Shown piece by piece: positions 48,701 to 58,860 of a DNA stretch of 64,000 nt. Made by a program: the position numbers and the translations under genes. This stretch comes from a virus (taxonomy: Duplodnaviria > Heunggongvirae > Uroviricota > Caudoviricetes), in the IMG/VR virus record IMGVR_UViG_3300049638_000482; one strand, given 5' to 3'. The notes under the pieces were generated by a model that did no database searches, was not told where the DNA came from, and saw only the letters and a program-made list of their open reading frames with translations. Each line of letters starts with the position of its first letter. Positions within the stretch are counted from its first letter, which is position 1.

Positions 48701-51421
48701 GTGAGTAACAATATAAGTGATAGGTTGTATAGTAGCAAGTTCACTTATTGGGCGTTGGCTCAGCACCAGACGTATAGCCAGGGTATTAGTGACGCCATAA
48801 ACAATGGTAAGGGCAGCGAGGATATCACCGCCTACATGCGTTCCATTTACGGCATTAGCGGTAGTGGCAGCAAGGGTTCAGGACTGTATAACGCCGGTGG
48901 TAATCGTGGTGCAAGTATTTATACACCTGATAAGAGCACTTCCTTCGATTACAACTCTCAAGGTGATAACAATATCCTGTTGAAGTGGCAAGCGCCTAAG
49001 AAGCTCTCGGGCACCTTGGTCAATACCGAGAGTGACGGTAGCTACTTGGGTATTAAAGCCAGTTGGATGCCCATGCTTGGTAACGTACTGCAGGGCGGAT
49101 TCGATGGTCAGACCTTCAACCAAGATAATAATAGCTACCTGTATCGTGATTACACCGATTTGGGTAACTATTCGCAGTATATTTATCTGGCTCTGACTCA
49201 GGGTTCGCCTAACGGCAGCAAGGTTCCTTACGTTGATACGGTTGATAGTAGTTGGTGGGATGCTAATCTTAAGAGCATGTACGCTAATGCTGGTACAACC
49301 AAGGACCTTGACAAGACCAATGGTTTGAATAATTTTGGTGACAGTATGCCTACCCATTGGGTCATGCCCTTCGGAAGCAGTATCTACAACACAGGCATTC
49401 ACAAGGCTGATGTAACCAACTTGACCCAGGGGCAGACAGCGGGTATTAGCCCCAGCTGCCTTAATATCAACCTGCCCGCGTTTAATAGCTACGGTAAGGG
49501 TGATTATCAGACTTTTGCAGGTAACAAGAATCTGAGTGGTTGCTTCACTAAGGGAGGCGATTTCGCAGGTAAGTCTGAAGGCGATGTGGGCAGCTTTAGT
49601 GCCTACGCGCTGATGAGCGAATCCCCGTTCTTCTGGGAAAGCTGGAACCTGTATGATCAGGGTTTGTCTCCTATGGTTGGAACCTCTGGAGGCTACAAGA
49701 GCACTGTCCTCCCCAGCGGTGGCAAGGGGTATTTCTACGACACCAGCGCGGATGACGGTGATGATTCCACGGTGTCCACGGGTGAGATGAAGGACTACCT
49801 CGACATGAAGGGTCTCTTCACCTACTTCATTCCGTATGCTCGCATGGGTAATGCTGTTGTAAATAAGTACTTCGACACTTATGGTCGCACTTACTACAAC
49901 GGCATCTCCAGTGAGGATGGTCATGAGGGCGATTACAAGAGTGACCCCGAGGCTCTGCGCAAGTACTGGCATAACGTCAATCTGGCGCATCTGTACAGCA
50001 TCTATACACCATGGGTTGACCTGATGGACCACGCCGGGTATTCCAAGCCTGTTACGATAAGCTACAACGGTAAGCACTACACTATCAACAACCCGACTGA
50101 CCCTGCTCAGTACCCCGCTGATAGACCAATGGTCTTCAGCAAGGCGGAGCAGTCGAGGTTCGGTCTTAAGGATAGTCAGCTTACGGAGGTTGAGCGCAAG
50201 ATTCAGAAGGTTGCAGAAGATACCGAGAGCGATTACATTGACCTGCTGAACTACTACACCTTCAATGATAATGTGCTCGATACGGCAGCGGCCATGAGGT
50301 TTACCTTCAACTTCAACCGCATCTTCAGCGAATCCAAGCCCGCGGGTATTGGTGGCGATGTGGTAACCCTGTATCCGCAGGCTTATGAGTTGAAGAACTT
50401 CACGTATGATGCTTATCTGCGTCTGATTATCAATAGCTCCACCGGGCAGAAGCTCAACGGGTATTCCTATAACAGCAATGATAACACTGGTGCAGGGTTC
50501 TATGCTCAGACGGTTCAGAATAGTTCGCTGACAACGGCTCTCGGCTTCATCGTATTGGATATATTAGCCATCTACGTGGTGCCGGTGTTGAAGGCCGTCT
50601 TCGTGGTGGGTATTTACCTCATGCTAATTATCTTGCTCTTGGCAACAGTATTCAAGTTGGAAGATAATCCTTGGGGTAAGTTCGTCACTACAATGGGTAA
50701 GCCTCTCATGGTGTTCTTCGCCATAACCACAGCAATGGCTTTCGTGGTCAGTTTGTTCATGGCTAATGGTAGCAACGTCGTCACAGGTGACCAGCAGTTC
50801 GTCATTAGACTGGGTGACCCAACATTGGTTGTTGCGGCGATGATATTCATCAACGGCTTGGTGGCATTTGCCTATCTTATGCTTGCTAAGAAGCTGTGCT
50901 TGAATATCTGGCGTAATGGTAAGGATGTCGCACTGAGCGTCGCTGGAGTTGTCGGTGGCATGGGTAAGGCTCTGGCTGCTGGAGTAAGTAGCGCCTTCAA
51001 GGGTCAGGGCTTCAAGCAGGGGTATTCTCAGAGTCTCAAGACGGGTGCCGCCAGCAATGGTGGCGCTGGGAATACCTTTGGTGGCAAGGCGACTACAGGG
51101 TCGTTCGCCGGTAATGCCGGTGCTGGTGCCACTGGCAGGGCGGCTGTGCTGTTCGCTAAGAAGGAAGCTACTGAGACCCGTAGGCGCGCGATCAAGGCTT
51201 GGCGTCGTCATAAGGCTTCGGATGCTGATATCCAGCGTAACGATAGGCATACGCAGGAGAGTTCAGGCAGGTCTAACAGCGGCTTTATGAGCCTTGGAGG
51301 AAATAAGCCTTCTCAGGGCGATAAGCCTCAGGAAGAGAGTTCCGGTGGTGAGAAGTCCAATGGGCGTCTGCCTTTCAGCCACAACGATAATAAGGGCGAT
51401 AAGGGCAACGACCTCGTCTAG
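45773..51421 (+). CDS. giant (1,882 aa) VirB6/TcpH/ConG-like polytopic T4SS channel protein with large extracellular N-terminal region
   Basis: Signal peptide and ~900-aa soluble region, then several clustered TM helices (LLLIIVIVALILVCFVV...; FIVLDILAIYVVPVLKAVFVVGIYLMLIILLLATVF; MVFFAITTAMAFVVSLFM; LVVAAMIFINGLVAFAYLML). Position fits the VirB6-like component of Gram-positive T4SS. Gly-rich C-terminal tail. Confidence 0.55.
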   Translation: MKKFFRRLWVSLIAIASMLGVTAPAAYADPDAGDSASKGTETTVSASNTYQLFIQLAQNKKLTTADAEMFGDISSEEAQRQWQFFGVLLSNYYAPFSTDLKSDDLTNEKTAGGQAYKNMISLLTSSDGGFQFDKDVAKSIAQGVLGSVQKDSEDLRFGYCKSRDHHVSKDMIDKAQTKPVLKLQEGQCFLDDTGEEPVTWYSLLTAAVGDFPISAVKPSGTTDGTLDDYEKDGNRGDIDTTASKATKTKLGAAVGNGFGVEFDGITESKDKSFGSGGVRNADTVVVYGAKTKFPAFIADMYGEEITPSVQTLMNILKHTATGMGYGTNLIDTPGISDDPSKLNDDNYMSDLLNKAIDPTKYYTFGIPLKLSPFGDLWADGAESSLIVMPGAANPMIYEAIDKDGNDVEDYRGLGQGMLSTFWLQALNEGWIGGNGNKKEACNATNGNNSAVTVANKNLTCSQVRNMMWSAALEKTTDKGNYSLLTPDEESAHGEENLDIDVTGNPDKFGARLSMGRRRAVLFRGARQSEIKGKTGAASFWSGGAKDNQKGINQGFHDFVKAHPKTSMRMVRWIGAYNDNDFWNKQTSQVTFGFPFFNYAALGGDGTTATYSGHHLEAIVNTYDNSNNGLVNTPTNTSPLSMQGYFGSETRESNIGIINIDNTSARPIYDNIFLIDDLGLLSSLSGDSSSDSSSAASSDNQDSSSDSTISDGKINTTGIAVCSARGLVDPKDIGNACKPADGSIKSKDQSTDGFSDAVKNATTKLDGSNDNQPKDGQTLSIDIANPKMKAMLIMTYMAASQNKDSGNQDIKTTWANLGYRFALEQLPAPKHFTLDASVDNSEDKMALEIKNWIWYLLNPTVGFRYKMTLLSGAISSVFIGWHNDMVGASGVGNLPGTTKYTGFNGYVTTPTLSDMEWSDKIVSWYKDHLLLIIVIVALILVCFVVTNTIGMQKAIVSLVAFTVLALIPAAAVNAVATVSNNISDRLYSSKFTYWALAQHQTYSQGISDAINNGKGSEDITAYMRSIYGISGSGSKGSGLYNAGGNRGASIYTPDKSTSFDYNSQGDNNILLKWQAPKKLSGTLVNTESDGSYLGIKASWMPMLGNVLQGGFDGQTFNQDNNSYLYRDYTDLGNYSQYIYLALTQGSPNGSKVPYVDTVDSSWWDANLKSMYANAGTTKDLDKTNGLNNFGDSMPTHWVMPFGSSIYNTGIHKADVTNLTQGQTAGISPSCLNINLPAFNSYGKGDYQTFAGNKNLSGCFTKGGDFAGKSEGDVGSFSAYALMSESPFFWESWNLYDQGLSPMVGTSGGYKSTVLPSGGKGYFYDTSADDGDDSTVSTGEMKDYLDMKGLFTYFIPYARMGNAVVNKYFDTYGRTYYNGISSEDGHEGDYKSDPEALRKYWHNVNLAHLYSIYTPWVDLMDHAGYSKPVTISYNGKHYTINNPTDPAQYPADRPMVFSKAEQSRFGLKDSQLTEVERKIQKVAEDTESDYIDLLNYYTFNDNVLDTAAAMRFTFNFNRIFSESKPAGIGGDVVTLYPQAYELKNFTYDAYLRLIINSSTGQKLNGYSYNSNDNTGAGFYAQTVQNSSLTTALGFIVLDILAIYVVPVLKAVFVVGIYLMLIILLLATVFKLEDNPWGKFVTTMGKPLMVFFAITTAMAFVVSLFMANGSNVVTGDQQFVIRLGDPTLVVAAMIFINGLVAFAYLMLAKKLCLNIWRNGKDVALSVAGVVGGMGKALAAGVSSAFKGQGFKQGYSQSLKTGAASNGGAGNTFGGKATTGSFAGNAGAGATGRAAVLFAKKEATETRRRAIKAWRRHKASDADIQRNDRHTQESSGRSNSGFMSLGGNKPSQGDKPQEESSGGEKSNGRLPFSHNDNKGDKGNDLV

Positions 51422-51487
51422 TTGAATAGAGCGGATTGCATACTCCATTGGATATGCAATCCGCTTTTGATTGGAGGTGTGCGTTCT

Positions 51488-52534
51488 ATGTTCTCGGCTT
51501 TAATAAGTATTGCATTGCTTCTTGTGATGGTGGCTCTTCGTATGTCCAGGATAGCTCTGTGGACTTCCAAGAAGGTCGTTGGAATGGCTATGGGCACCTC
51601 CGGTCGGGTATTATCCCATGCGGGTGGGAAGCATAAGGCGGTAAAGGCTGTTGCGAAGACAGCGATGTTCGGAAAGAGAGTCTCTGATGTCGCTTTCTCA
51701 GTCGCTAGTGCTGGTGTCAAGTCCTTGGAGTGGGTTAATGCATCATTGCTCGGAGTCTTCATGCCTATGGCTTTGGTGGAGTTCATCGTAACCTCTGTTG
51801 TTACAGTCACTCTTTTTGGTGGTATCTCGGCATATGCTTCTAATGTATATGAAGGTATAAAGAAGACTGAGAGCACCACCCAAGTGCAAGCTCAAGAAGC
51901 TTCTAAATCTGAGCCGGAGGGTAATGCGGGTGAGTTTCAAAGCACAGCCAACCCGGGTATTAAGGACGACGAATGGAATAAGGCAAGTGACCTTGCTAAA
52001 AAGACTGTCAACACTGGTATTGCTATCATGCAGCATGACGAGTTGTATTATTCATGGAATCATGCCGTAAAGGCAGTCGATTGTTCGACCTTCACATCAA
52101 TGGCTGTGGAATTGGGAACTGGCTATACGGTCGATGCCCAGAAGGTTACCAAATATCAAGCCAAGGACTTTATGGACCATATCGGTGATAAGAGCAGGGA
52201 TGACTTGCAGAAGTATTCTGTCTCGGGTACGCAGGCTGGGTATTACCCAGCGGGTTCAGAGGGGTTTGTGGCTACAGGGGTAACTCGATCAGCTCTACCA
52301 AGTAATGCACTTCCAGGTGATTTACTTGCCAACTCGGAGCACGTACTTATGTTCATGGGTCATCGCAAGAGTGACGGAAAGGCCATGTTTATGGAGTCCT
52401 CTAATAGTGGTGACAAGACCCATTTCAAGGATGTGGCTACCACCCAACCAAGAACGGATATGGGTATTAAAGCTGATGATGGTTATGATACCAGAACTTA
52501 CACGTTGTTCCGTCCATATGTACGAATGAAGTAA
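51488..52534 (+). CDS. membrane-anchored NlpC/P60-family cell-wall hydrolase (T4SS peptidoglycan hydrolase, CwlT/TcpG-like)
   Basis: ATG at 51488 with RBS ggagg. N-terminal TM helices. C-terminal domain has a nucleophile Cys in AVDCSTFTSMAV and a catalytic His in HVLMFMGH. Confidence 0.6.
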   Translation: MFSALISIALLLVMVALRMSRIALWTSKKVVGMAMGTSGRVLSHAGGKHKAVKAVAKTAMFGKRVSDVAFSVASAGVKSLEWVNASLLGVFMPMALVEFIVTSVVTVTLFGGISAYASNVYEGIKKTESTTQVQAQEASKSEPEGNAGEFQSTANPGIKDDEWNKASDLAKKTVNTGIAIMQHDELYYSWNHAVKAVDCSTFTSMAVELGTGYTVDAQKVTKYQAKDFMDHIGDKSRDDLQKYSVSGTQAGYYPAGSEGFVATGVTRSALPSNALPGDLLANSEHVLMFMGHRKSDGKAMFMESSNSGDKTHFKDVATTQPRTDMGIKADDGYDTRTYTLFRPYVRMK

Positions 52535-52544
52535 GGAGATAGAA

Positions 52545-53666
52545 GTGGCTGTTATGGAGGAGTATACACCGGGTGATAAGATGCGCCCTCAAGAAGGTTC
52601 ATCTATTATCTACCTTCCTGTAACACTTGAAGCTAATGTGGGTCGAAGCAGTAACCGCTTCTCCATGTTGGTCGGTGCCGGTGTAGGCACGGTTCTGTGG
52701 GTATTAATCTCTTTTGGCGAGTTGACGAGCGGCGATAGCTGGGCAACGAAGTTTGTTAAGTTGTTTGTTTTTACTGTCATAGCTATGATTATCGTGCGTT
52801 TTGTGTTTTTGCAAGAATACAAATACCGTCGCACCTATAGTAATCTCAAGCTCCATAATAACGAGTTTGATCTATCAAGTATCTGGAGCATAGTTAGCAT
52901 TGATGATGTGGTGGGCAGACCCCATTTTGTGCATTACCGTAATGGCTCCACAGGTTTGTTTGTCATGATGGAGAATGATGTGGTGGTTGGTAAGCCCACG
53001 AATGATGAGTACCTCTCTTATGAGGCTCTGGGAAATGCTTATCAGCAGGCTTTCAATTATGAGCTTGATATGGAGCACCTTGACATCATGGACTTTATCG
53101 GTCATGATAGAAGGCTTGATTATGCCCGCCGTACCATGACGGAGCGTTGCAACAATCCTGAAATTCGTAGTATGATGTCGCAAATCTTTGATAACCTCCA
53201 AAGCAAAATGAACGACAACGTCACGGTCTACGATATCTATGTGTTCCATACAAATAACATGACCAACGAGGTGTTCTACTCCAGGGTATCTCAGGTTCTC
53301 CAAATCATGCTCGGAGGCAATTACTCATCCTACCACATGATGAACTCCAAGGAGATTGGTTCCTTGGTTAAGAGTATGTTTAATCTCGGAAGCTTCTCCG
53401 TTGTGGATTCGCTCATCACCTCTTACAAGGTTTCTGAAATCAAGAGTATTAAGGTTCTCGATGCTACGTTTGCTGATGGGACAACCGAGGTGTACATGCA
53501 GCCTTATGATAAGCGTAAGGCCGAGGAGCGTCGTGAGCAGCAGTCCAGGGCGCAGATGAGTCAGCTCAAGAAGCGCCAGAAGGAACGTGCAAAGAAGAAC
53601 AAGAAGGGCAATACCAGTGAGTCTAAGACACAGGTGTTCGCCCCTGATGACGCTCTGGAGCTGTAG
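52545..53666 (+). CDS. T4SS-associated bitopic membrane protein (possibly VirB8/TcpC-like)
   Basis: Two TM helices near the N-terminus, then a ~280-aa soluble domain. Position between hydrolase and VirB4. Family call is weak. Confidence 0.4.
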   Translation: MAVMEEYTPGDKMRPQEGSSIIYLPVTLEANVGRSSNRFSMLVGAGVGTVLWVLISFGELTSGDSWATKFVKLFVFTVIAMIIVRFVFLQEYKYRRTYSNLKLHNNEFDLSSIWSIVSIDDVVGRPHFVHYRNGSTGLFVMMENDVVVGKPTNDEYLSYEALGNAYQQAFNYELDMEHLDIMDFIGHDRRLDYARRTMTERCNNPEIRSMMSQIFDNLQSKMNDNVTVYDIYVFHTNNMTNEVFYSRVSQVLQIMLGGNYSSYHMMNSKEIGSLVKSMFNLGSFSVVDSLITSYKVSEIKSIKVLDATFADGTTEVYMQPYDKRKAEERREQQSRAQMSQLKKRQKERAKKNKKGNTSESKTQVFAPDDALEL

Positions 53667-53766
53667 GGTATTCATGCGACGGCGACGGTGTTGCGTTTCG
53701 GGTAATTATTCCGTGGCTGTGTTAGTTGCTGTGCGTTTGTCTTAGCATTTAAAAAGGAGTTTTTCC

Positions 53767-55293
53767 ATGGCTGATATTGCTTTGGTGTTTGGTGCCGGTG
53801 CCAATAGGGATGGTCGCCCTAAGGCTGTGGTTGCGGCTGACATGCTCAATAAGGCTGGTAGTGATACCTATACAGGCTTCTCGGGTATTCAGGATTACGT
53901 GGCTTCCTATGGTCAAAAAGCCTTGGTGTTTGATAAGGTAATTATCCTCGATTCCGCTATGAAGAACCCCAAGGCTGATTTAGAGTCTCTGTTTAGGTTC
54001 CTCATCAGCTACTCTCGTGGAACCTCTGTCATTTATGTTGTGACAGCTGCAACAAGCCAAAATAACATTGATTTGTTCAATGAGATTTCCCGCAGCAGTC
54101 TTGATTCCATCTCCGATATGGCAGGCGGAAATACTAGTTCTTCCATGCTGTATGCGGTAGCTAAGATTCTGCGTGGTGCGAGCGAAGCTGGAAATCCATC
54201 AATTAGCCTCAAGGACCTTCGTAATATTAGTTCCATGTCGCCTATGGATGCCCGTCGTATGTTTCCTGAGGTAAATCCTCAGAATATCGAGATTGACGAG
54301 GGCACTGGGGATATCGAGTACAAGGCAAGCGAGTCAAGCCAGTCAGGGGAAGAGGCGAACCAGCAAGGCGCCCCAGCGGGTATTAACTCCGACGAGGGCG
54401 GTCTGGGAGTTTCCGATGATGATATGCACTCGGTGACAGGCTGGATGAACGAGGAGGAAGAGGATGACTCTCCCGCTGAAGACGATATGCCTGTCGTCGA
54501 AGAGGATACCCCTGCTGAGGACGACATGCCCGTTGTCGAAGATGACATGCCCGCTGTGGATGACAATCCCACGCTCTCCAGTATGCTTTCTGATGTATCC
54601 GATGATGTGTCCGATGAGCAGAGTAATTATACCCCAGATCCGAATAGGGAGCAGATTGACCTTGATGATATTTCAGCCTCGCTCATCATGCCCTCCCACA
54701 AGATGTTAATTATGTTCTGCCCCACCGATGATTTGCTGGCTGATACAGTCGCCCTTAAGCTCGGTTTGTATAACCATAATATCGGTAAGAGCACTGTCAT
54801 TGTCGACTTGGAGAGCAGCCACTCCATCCTCAGTAGTATTAGCGACGAGGTTAATACTGACGCCACTCAGGGCGGCTGGAGTATCTCGGCTAATAATGCT
54901 GGTTTCATTGATAATGATATCTACTTTGTTAGTAACGGCATGGGCAGTGTGGTCAATGCTGACACCGTGCGTGAGGTTTCCATGAATAAGAGCAAGTGGC
55001 TCGGCGTGGACAATACAATCTTCTTGGTTAGCATTGACATTATGCGTGCCTTCGAGGAGAATATTGATTTCAGTGATGTTGTTCCTGAGATTCCTCAGGT
55101 GGTGCTGGTGTCTGGTTCAACTAAGAAGGACGTCGCTAACAGCATTATCCGTCTGACGGGTGATTCTTACGTGGGTAATAATATAGCTGCTCAGTATGAT
55201 GCTGAGGGGTTGCTGGCTTGGGCTGGTAAGGATTGGAATAAGCCAAAGCCTCCCATGAATTTCATCTACGATAGAGTCGCATGGTACAAGTAG
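53767..55293 (+). CDS. hypothetical T4SS-associated protein with acidic DDMPVVE repeat linker
   Basis: 508 aa. Central EDDMPVVEEDTPAEDDMPVVEDDMPAVDD. No Walker A. Confidence 0.55.
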   Translation: MADIALVFGAGANRDGRPKAVVAADMLNKAGSDTYTGFSGIQDYVASYGQKALVFDKVIILDSAMKNPKADLESLFRFLISYSRGTSVIYVVTAATSQNNIDLFNEISRSSLDSISDMAGGNTSSSMLYAVAKILRGASEAGNPSISLKDLRNISSMSPMDARRMFPEVNPQNIEIDEGTGDIEYKASESSQSGEEANQQGAPAGINSDEGGLGVSDDDMHSVTGWMNEEEEDDSPAEDDMPVVEEDTPAEDDMPVVEDDMPAVDDNPTLSSMLSDVSDDVSDEQSNYTPDPNREQIDLDDISASLIMPSHKMLIMFCPTDDLLADTVALKLGLYNHNIGKSTVIVDLESSHSILSSISDEVNTDATQGGWSISANNAGFIDNDIYFVSNGMGSVVNADTVREVSMNKSKWLGVDNTIFLVSIDIMRAFEENIDFSDVVPEIPQVVLVSGSTKKDVANSIIRLTGDSYVGNNIAAQYDAEGLLAWAGKDWNKPKPPMNFIYDRVAWYK

Positions 55294-55418
55294 AGATAAG
55301 GAGAAGAGGGGCTGAGGTTAAGCGGGTTAGGCGTAAGGCGAAGAAGCTGAGCGGTCTGGGCGCAAGGCGAAGAAGCTGAGCGGTCTAGGCGTAAGGAGCA
55401 GACAGGCGGGTATTACTC

Positions 55419-56693
55419 ATGATTGTTATTCTTGATTCCGGGAGGAGTTCCTTGGATTATGATAATGATGCTGTGGTGGTGTCCAGCGTAGAGGATTTGA
55501 AGCACTTGGATGGTGTTTTTGATGCCCTCATCATAGGCTCTTATGCTCTTGGCAAGATGGATGTAACCGCTCTTAATGAGTTCAAGAAGTGCTTGTCTGG
55601 GTTCCCTAAGGTTGTGTATGTCCGCAAGGAAGAAGATACTGATAAGGGTCTGGAGACCTTGGTTCGTAGTGTCAATGGCACAATAGAGGACAACACAGAT
55701 TATCTGGACTCCCCTCAGGGTATTAAGAGGCTTGCCAGCGGGGAGAATTACAATGCGGTCGCTGTAACAGACAATATCAACGTGCTTAAGGAGTTTTCTG
55801 AGACTTTCAAAGGCGGAAAGATAAACAGGGGTCAGCAGCTCATCCTAAGCAATGCTCTGCAAGAGGTTATCAGGGGTGAGGAAGAGAATAAGCGCGCTTT
55901 GAGCCGTACCACAGGAGCTTACTTGGGGGTATTAACCACCGCTCAGGAGTCAGTGGAGGACATTCGTAAGAGGAATGATGACATCAAGAAGAAAATAGCG
56001 GAGATTGACAAGATCGTTCGAAATGCTCGTAACAAAGAGAGTGTTAAGACCAGCGGTAATGTTATTACCATATATCCTAACTTTGAGCTGGAGCACATTC
56101 CGTCAAGGATGACTATCATCATCAAGGATTTGGGTAGGACTCCGTATCTGACATCTTTCGCGGTTGGTTTTGCGCAGTATCTCAGTGCAACGTACGCCAG
56201 GGATACTAAGGTGGTTTTCTTGGAGCCCACAGGGTATTTATACGAGTTAAGGTACCCCTCCGATACATCGCTTAAGCAGCTTTTTGTCACTCAGAGCAAT
56301 ATGCAAAGTACCGCAGATAGAGCTGTAATAACTCCTATTGTTCATACCAACTACCCCATGAGGGAGAACATCCGTAACATCATCAGTCGTCCTAACTACA
56401 CTGGTCTCATCTTGGTTGACAGGTTGCTAACCGATGTTAAACCCTTGATAAGCGTTGATGGTGTCAGACCGGTATATGCGGCTAGTAGTCAGGGCTGGTT
56501 CGCTTTGCGTAATAGGGATTTGCCATGGTTTACGTCTTGTAAGTCCCGTGAGGATGAGGGTGCCATGGGGTACATCCCTACATTCCGTGGTTATGATAAT
56601 CTTTCGGTTATTAACCGTGAGGCTGCTTATGCGACGCCCATGGTTACTAAGTTGTACGAAGACGTGATAACCCTTAGCGGAAACGACCGCTAA
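55419..56693 (+). CDS. hypothetical T4SS-associated protein
   Basis: 424 aa, no recognisable motifs. Confidence 0.55.
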   Translation: MIVILDSGRSSLDYDNDAVVVSSVEDLKHLDGVFDALIIGSYALGKMDVTALNEFKKCLSGFPKVVYVRKEEDTDKGLETLVRSVNGTIEDNTDYLDSPQGIKRLASGENYNAVAVTDNINVLKEFSETFKGGKINRGQQLILSNALQEVIRGEEENKRALSRTTGAYLGVLTTAQESVEDIRKRNDDIKKKIAEIDKIVRNARNKESVKTSGNVITIYPNFELEHIPSRMTIIIKDLGRTPYLTSFAVGFAQYLSATYARDTKVVFLEPTGYLYELRYPSDTSLKQLFVTQSNMQSTADRAVITPIVHTNYPMRENIRNIISRPNYTGLILVDRLLTDVKPLISVDGVRPVYAASSQGWFALRNRDLPWFTSCKSREDEGAMGYIPTFRGYDNLSVINREAAYATPMVTKLYEDVITLSGNDR

Positions 56694-56724
56694 GGAATAG
56701 GAAGTCTAGAAAGGTGGGTATTAA

Positions 56725-58839
56725 ATGCTCGAAAGACTGGAAGGCGGAGTTCCCGGAGTCAAGATTTGGTGGTGGGACCTGTGGCGTAAGGTTCTTATTG
56801 ATTACTATCATAGGTATAACTCTAGTGCCAGTATCGTTCGTGATAGTAATGCCTATGCCGATGTGCAGGCTCTGTATAGCGGCAGGGACAGAATCAGCGT
56901 ATTCTACACCCTCGACGAGTTCCCCGAGACAATGACGGTTCGCTATGCCGAAACCATCCGTAATTCCCTTGCTGAGGCTGTGTATGTGCGTATCTCATTC
57001 GCTACCTTGATGGAGAGGTATTCCACCCCTTGGAATAGTGCTAAAATCAAGTCCAAGATTCGTACTTGGAGCACCATTGCCGAGGAGGACGAGAGTACCG
57101 GCTCCGCCTACACCGCTGTCAAGGAGTCAGATCAGCAAGCGCGTATTTCTCGTCGAGAAGCTTCTCTGTATTACATGGCTAACGCAGAGCAGCGCAGAGG
57201 TAGGAGAAGCTTTAGGTTCCGTGTACTTATGATTGTCTCTGGCGTGCGTGGACCTGAGTTTGATAAGGGTCTCACTAAAGTGGAGAAGGTCTGCTCGGAC
57301 TTGGGTATTCGCGCGACCCGCGTCACAGAGAATCTTGACCGCTATATCGCATATTTTTCGCCTTTCCGTTTGGCTAGTGATTCGTCGCTCGCCAAGGGAA
57401 TCGGTAGCACCGTTTTGACGGACGAGATTCTTGCCAGGTTCAATAACTATACTCAGGGTCAGGTAGGAAGAGGACCGATCTACTGGGGCACGGATATCTA
57501 CTCGGGGTACCCAGTATGGAACGAGATTAAGAAGAAGGACACCGACGCCGAGAACCTTCTGGTTGTTGCAGAGACGGGCGGTGGTAAATCATTCTTCGTT
57601 AAGACCATCCTCTTGGGTATTCTCGCTGACAAGCGTTTCGACGCCACCATCATGGATATTGAAGGCTTCGAGTACACTCCTTTGGTGGATATCGTTGGTA
57701 AGAGCGATAAGTGCGTGCAGCTCAATATGGCAGAAGGCAAGGGTGCATACTTCGACCCTGTTGCAGTGTATCAGACCGGTGACCCAATCCTTGATGAGGA
57801 TATGTACACCACCAGCCGCTCCTATACCATCGCCGTTCTCAAGACTCTGATGGGTGATTATTCCAAGAATAACCAGTGGGTGGACACCATCATCAACGAT
57901 GCCGTGTCTAAGACATACCTCAAGGCGGGTGTGACGGAAGACCCGTCTACATGGGCGAATAGTCATAACCTGACTCTGAAAGATGTCTACAAGACCATTC
58001 TTGAACTGTACAAGTCTAATAGCATTGAAGGCGTAAATAAGCTGTATGCTAATAATGCTGGCTATCTTGATGCCAAGGATAGGGTGGTTGCCCAGCTGAG
58101 CCGCTACTTCGATGAGAATGGTACACGAGCGAACGTGTTCAGCCATCCAGTGGGTATTGACACCATCAAGGACGCCCGCGTGGTCATCTGTTCCTTTGGC
58201 CTTGCAGGAAAGACCGAGAAGACCATCGACCCTATTCAGATGGCGTTGACCCAGTTGTTTGCAGCTAATATTGCTGGTCTGCGAAGCCGGTTCGGTCAGC
58301 TCAGAGGTCAGTATAGCCTCAAGTTGTGGGAAGAGTTCCAGCGCTGGTCTAGCTTGCCTGATTCTGAGAAGACCATCGTGACAGCGTTGACCGGTGGTCG
58401 TAAGCTGGGTGATGTTAATATCATCATCACCAACAAGGTCAGCGACCTGTTGAATGGCGATCGCTTCGGTATTTTCGAGACGGCAACCTCCTTCGCCATC
58501 GGCTCAATCCAGGATAGCAAGGTTCGTCACGAGCTGGCTAAGAGACTCAATGTGGAGCGACTTATTCCTGATTTGGATTCCCTTGTAATTGACTCCAGCA
58601 ACAAAGTCAATAACGAGAGATATCGCTACGCTTTCGTGGTTCACCCCGCCAAGGGTATTGAGACGGTTACGAAGATGGATTTGCCGCCGTCCATTACTGA
58701 AAGCCCCCTCTTTAGGACGGGTATTAAGAGGAAGGATGAGACAGCTGATACAGTTAGCAGTCTCGATAAAGCCCTTAGTGAAATCCAGAAGATGGGTATT
58801 GATCTCGGCGGTACTGGTCTGCTTGACATGGACGAATAA
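56725..58839 (+). CDS. VirB4/TrsE/ConE/TcpF-like T4SS ATPase
   Basis: Walker A LLVVAETGGGKSFF. DEAW-like Walker B region YSLKLWEEFQRW. Size ~700 aa and T4SS context. Confidence 0.65.
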   Translation: MLERLEGGVPGVKIWWWDLWRKVLIDYYHRYNSSASIVRDSNAYADVQALYSGRDRISVFYTLDEFPETMTVRYAETIRNSLAEAVYVRISFATLMERYSTPWNSAKIKSKIRTWSTIAEEDESTGSAYTAVKESDQQARISRREASLYYMANAEQRRGRRSFRFRVLMIVSGVRGPEFDKGLTKVEKVCSDLGIRATRVTENLDRYIAYFSPFRLASDSSLAKGIGSTVLTDEILARFNNYTQGQVGRGPIYWGTDIYSGYPVWNEIKKKDTDAENLLVVAETGGGKSFFVKTILLGILADKRFDATIMDIEGFEYTPLVDIVGKSDKCVQLNMAEGKGAYFDPVAVYQTGDPILDEDMYTTSRSYTIAVLKTLMGDYSKNNQWVDTIINDAVSKTYLKAGVTEDPSTWANSHNLTLKDVYKTILELYKSNSIEGVNKLYANNAGYLDAKDRVVAQLSRYFDENGTRANVFSHPVGIDTIKDARVVICSFGLAGKTEKTIDPIQMALTQLFAANIAGLRSRFGQLRGQYSLKLWEEFQRWSSLPDSEKTIVTALTGGRKLGDVNIIITNKVSDLLNGDRFGIFETATSFAIGSIQDSKVRHELAKRLNVERLIPDLDSLVIDSSNKVNNERYRYAFVVHPAKGIETVTKMDLPPSITESPLFRTGIKRKDETADTVSSLDKALSEIQKMGIDLGGTGLLDMDE

Positions 58840-58860
58840 GTTTTCGATTAGGGGCGTATC

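Noticed and set aside
53767-55293. ORF 53767 as a ParA/MinD-like partition ATPase
   Set aside because: The overall fold flavour (hydrophobic beta-strand followed by a Gly/Lys segment, IMFCPTDD...NIGKSTVIVDLE) is reminiscent, but there is no deviant Walker A (KGGxGKT). I cannot support the call from sequence alone.
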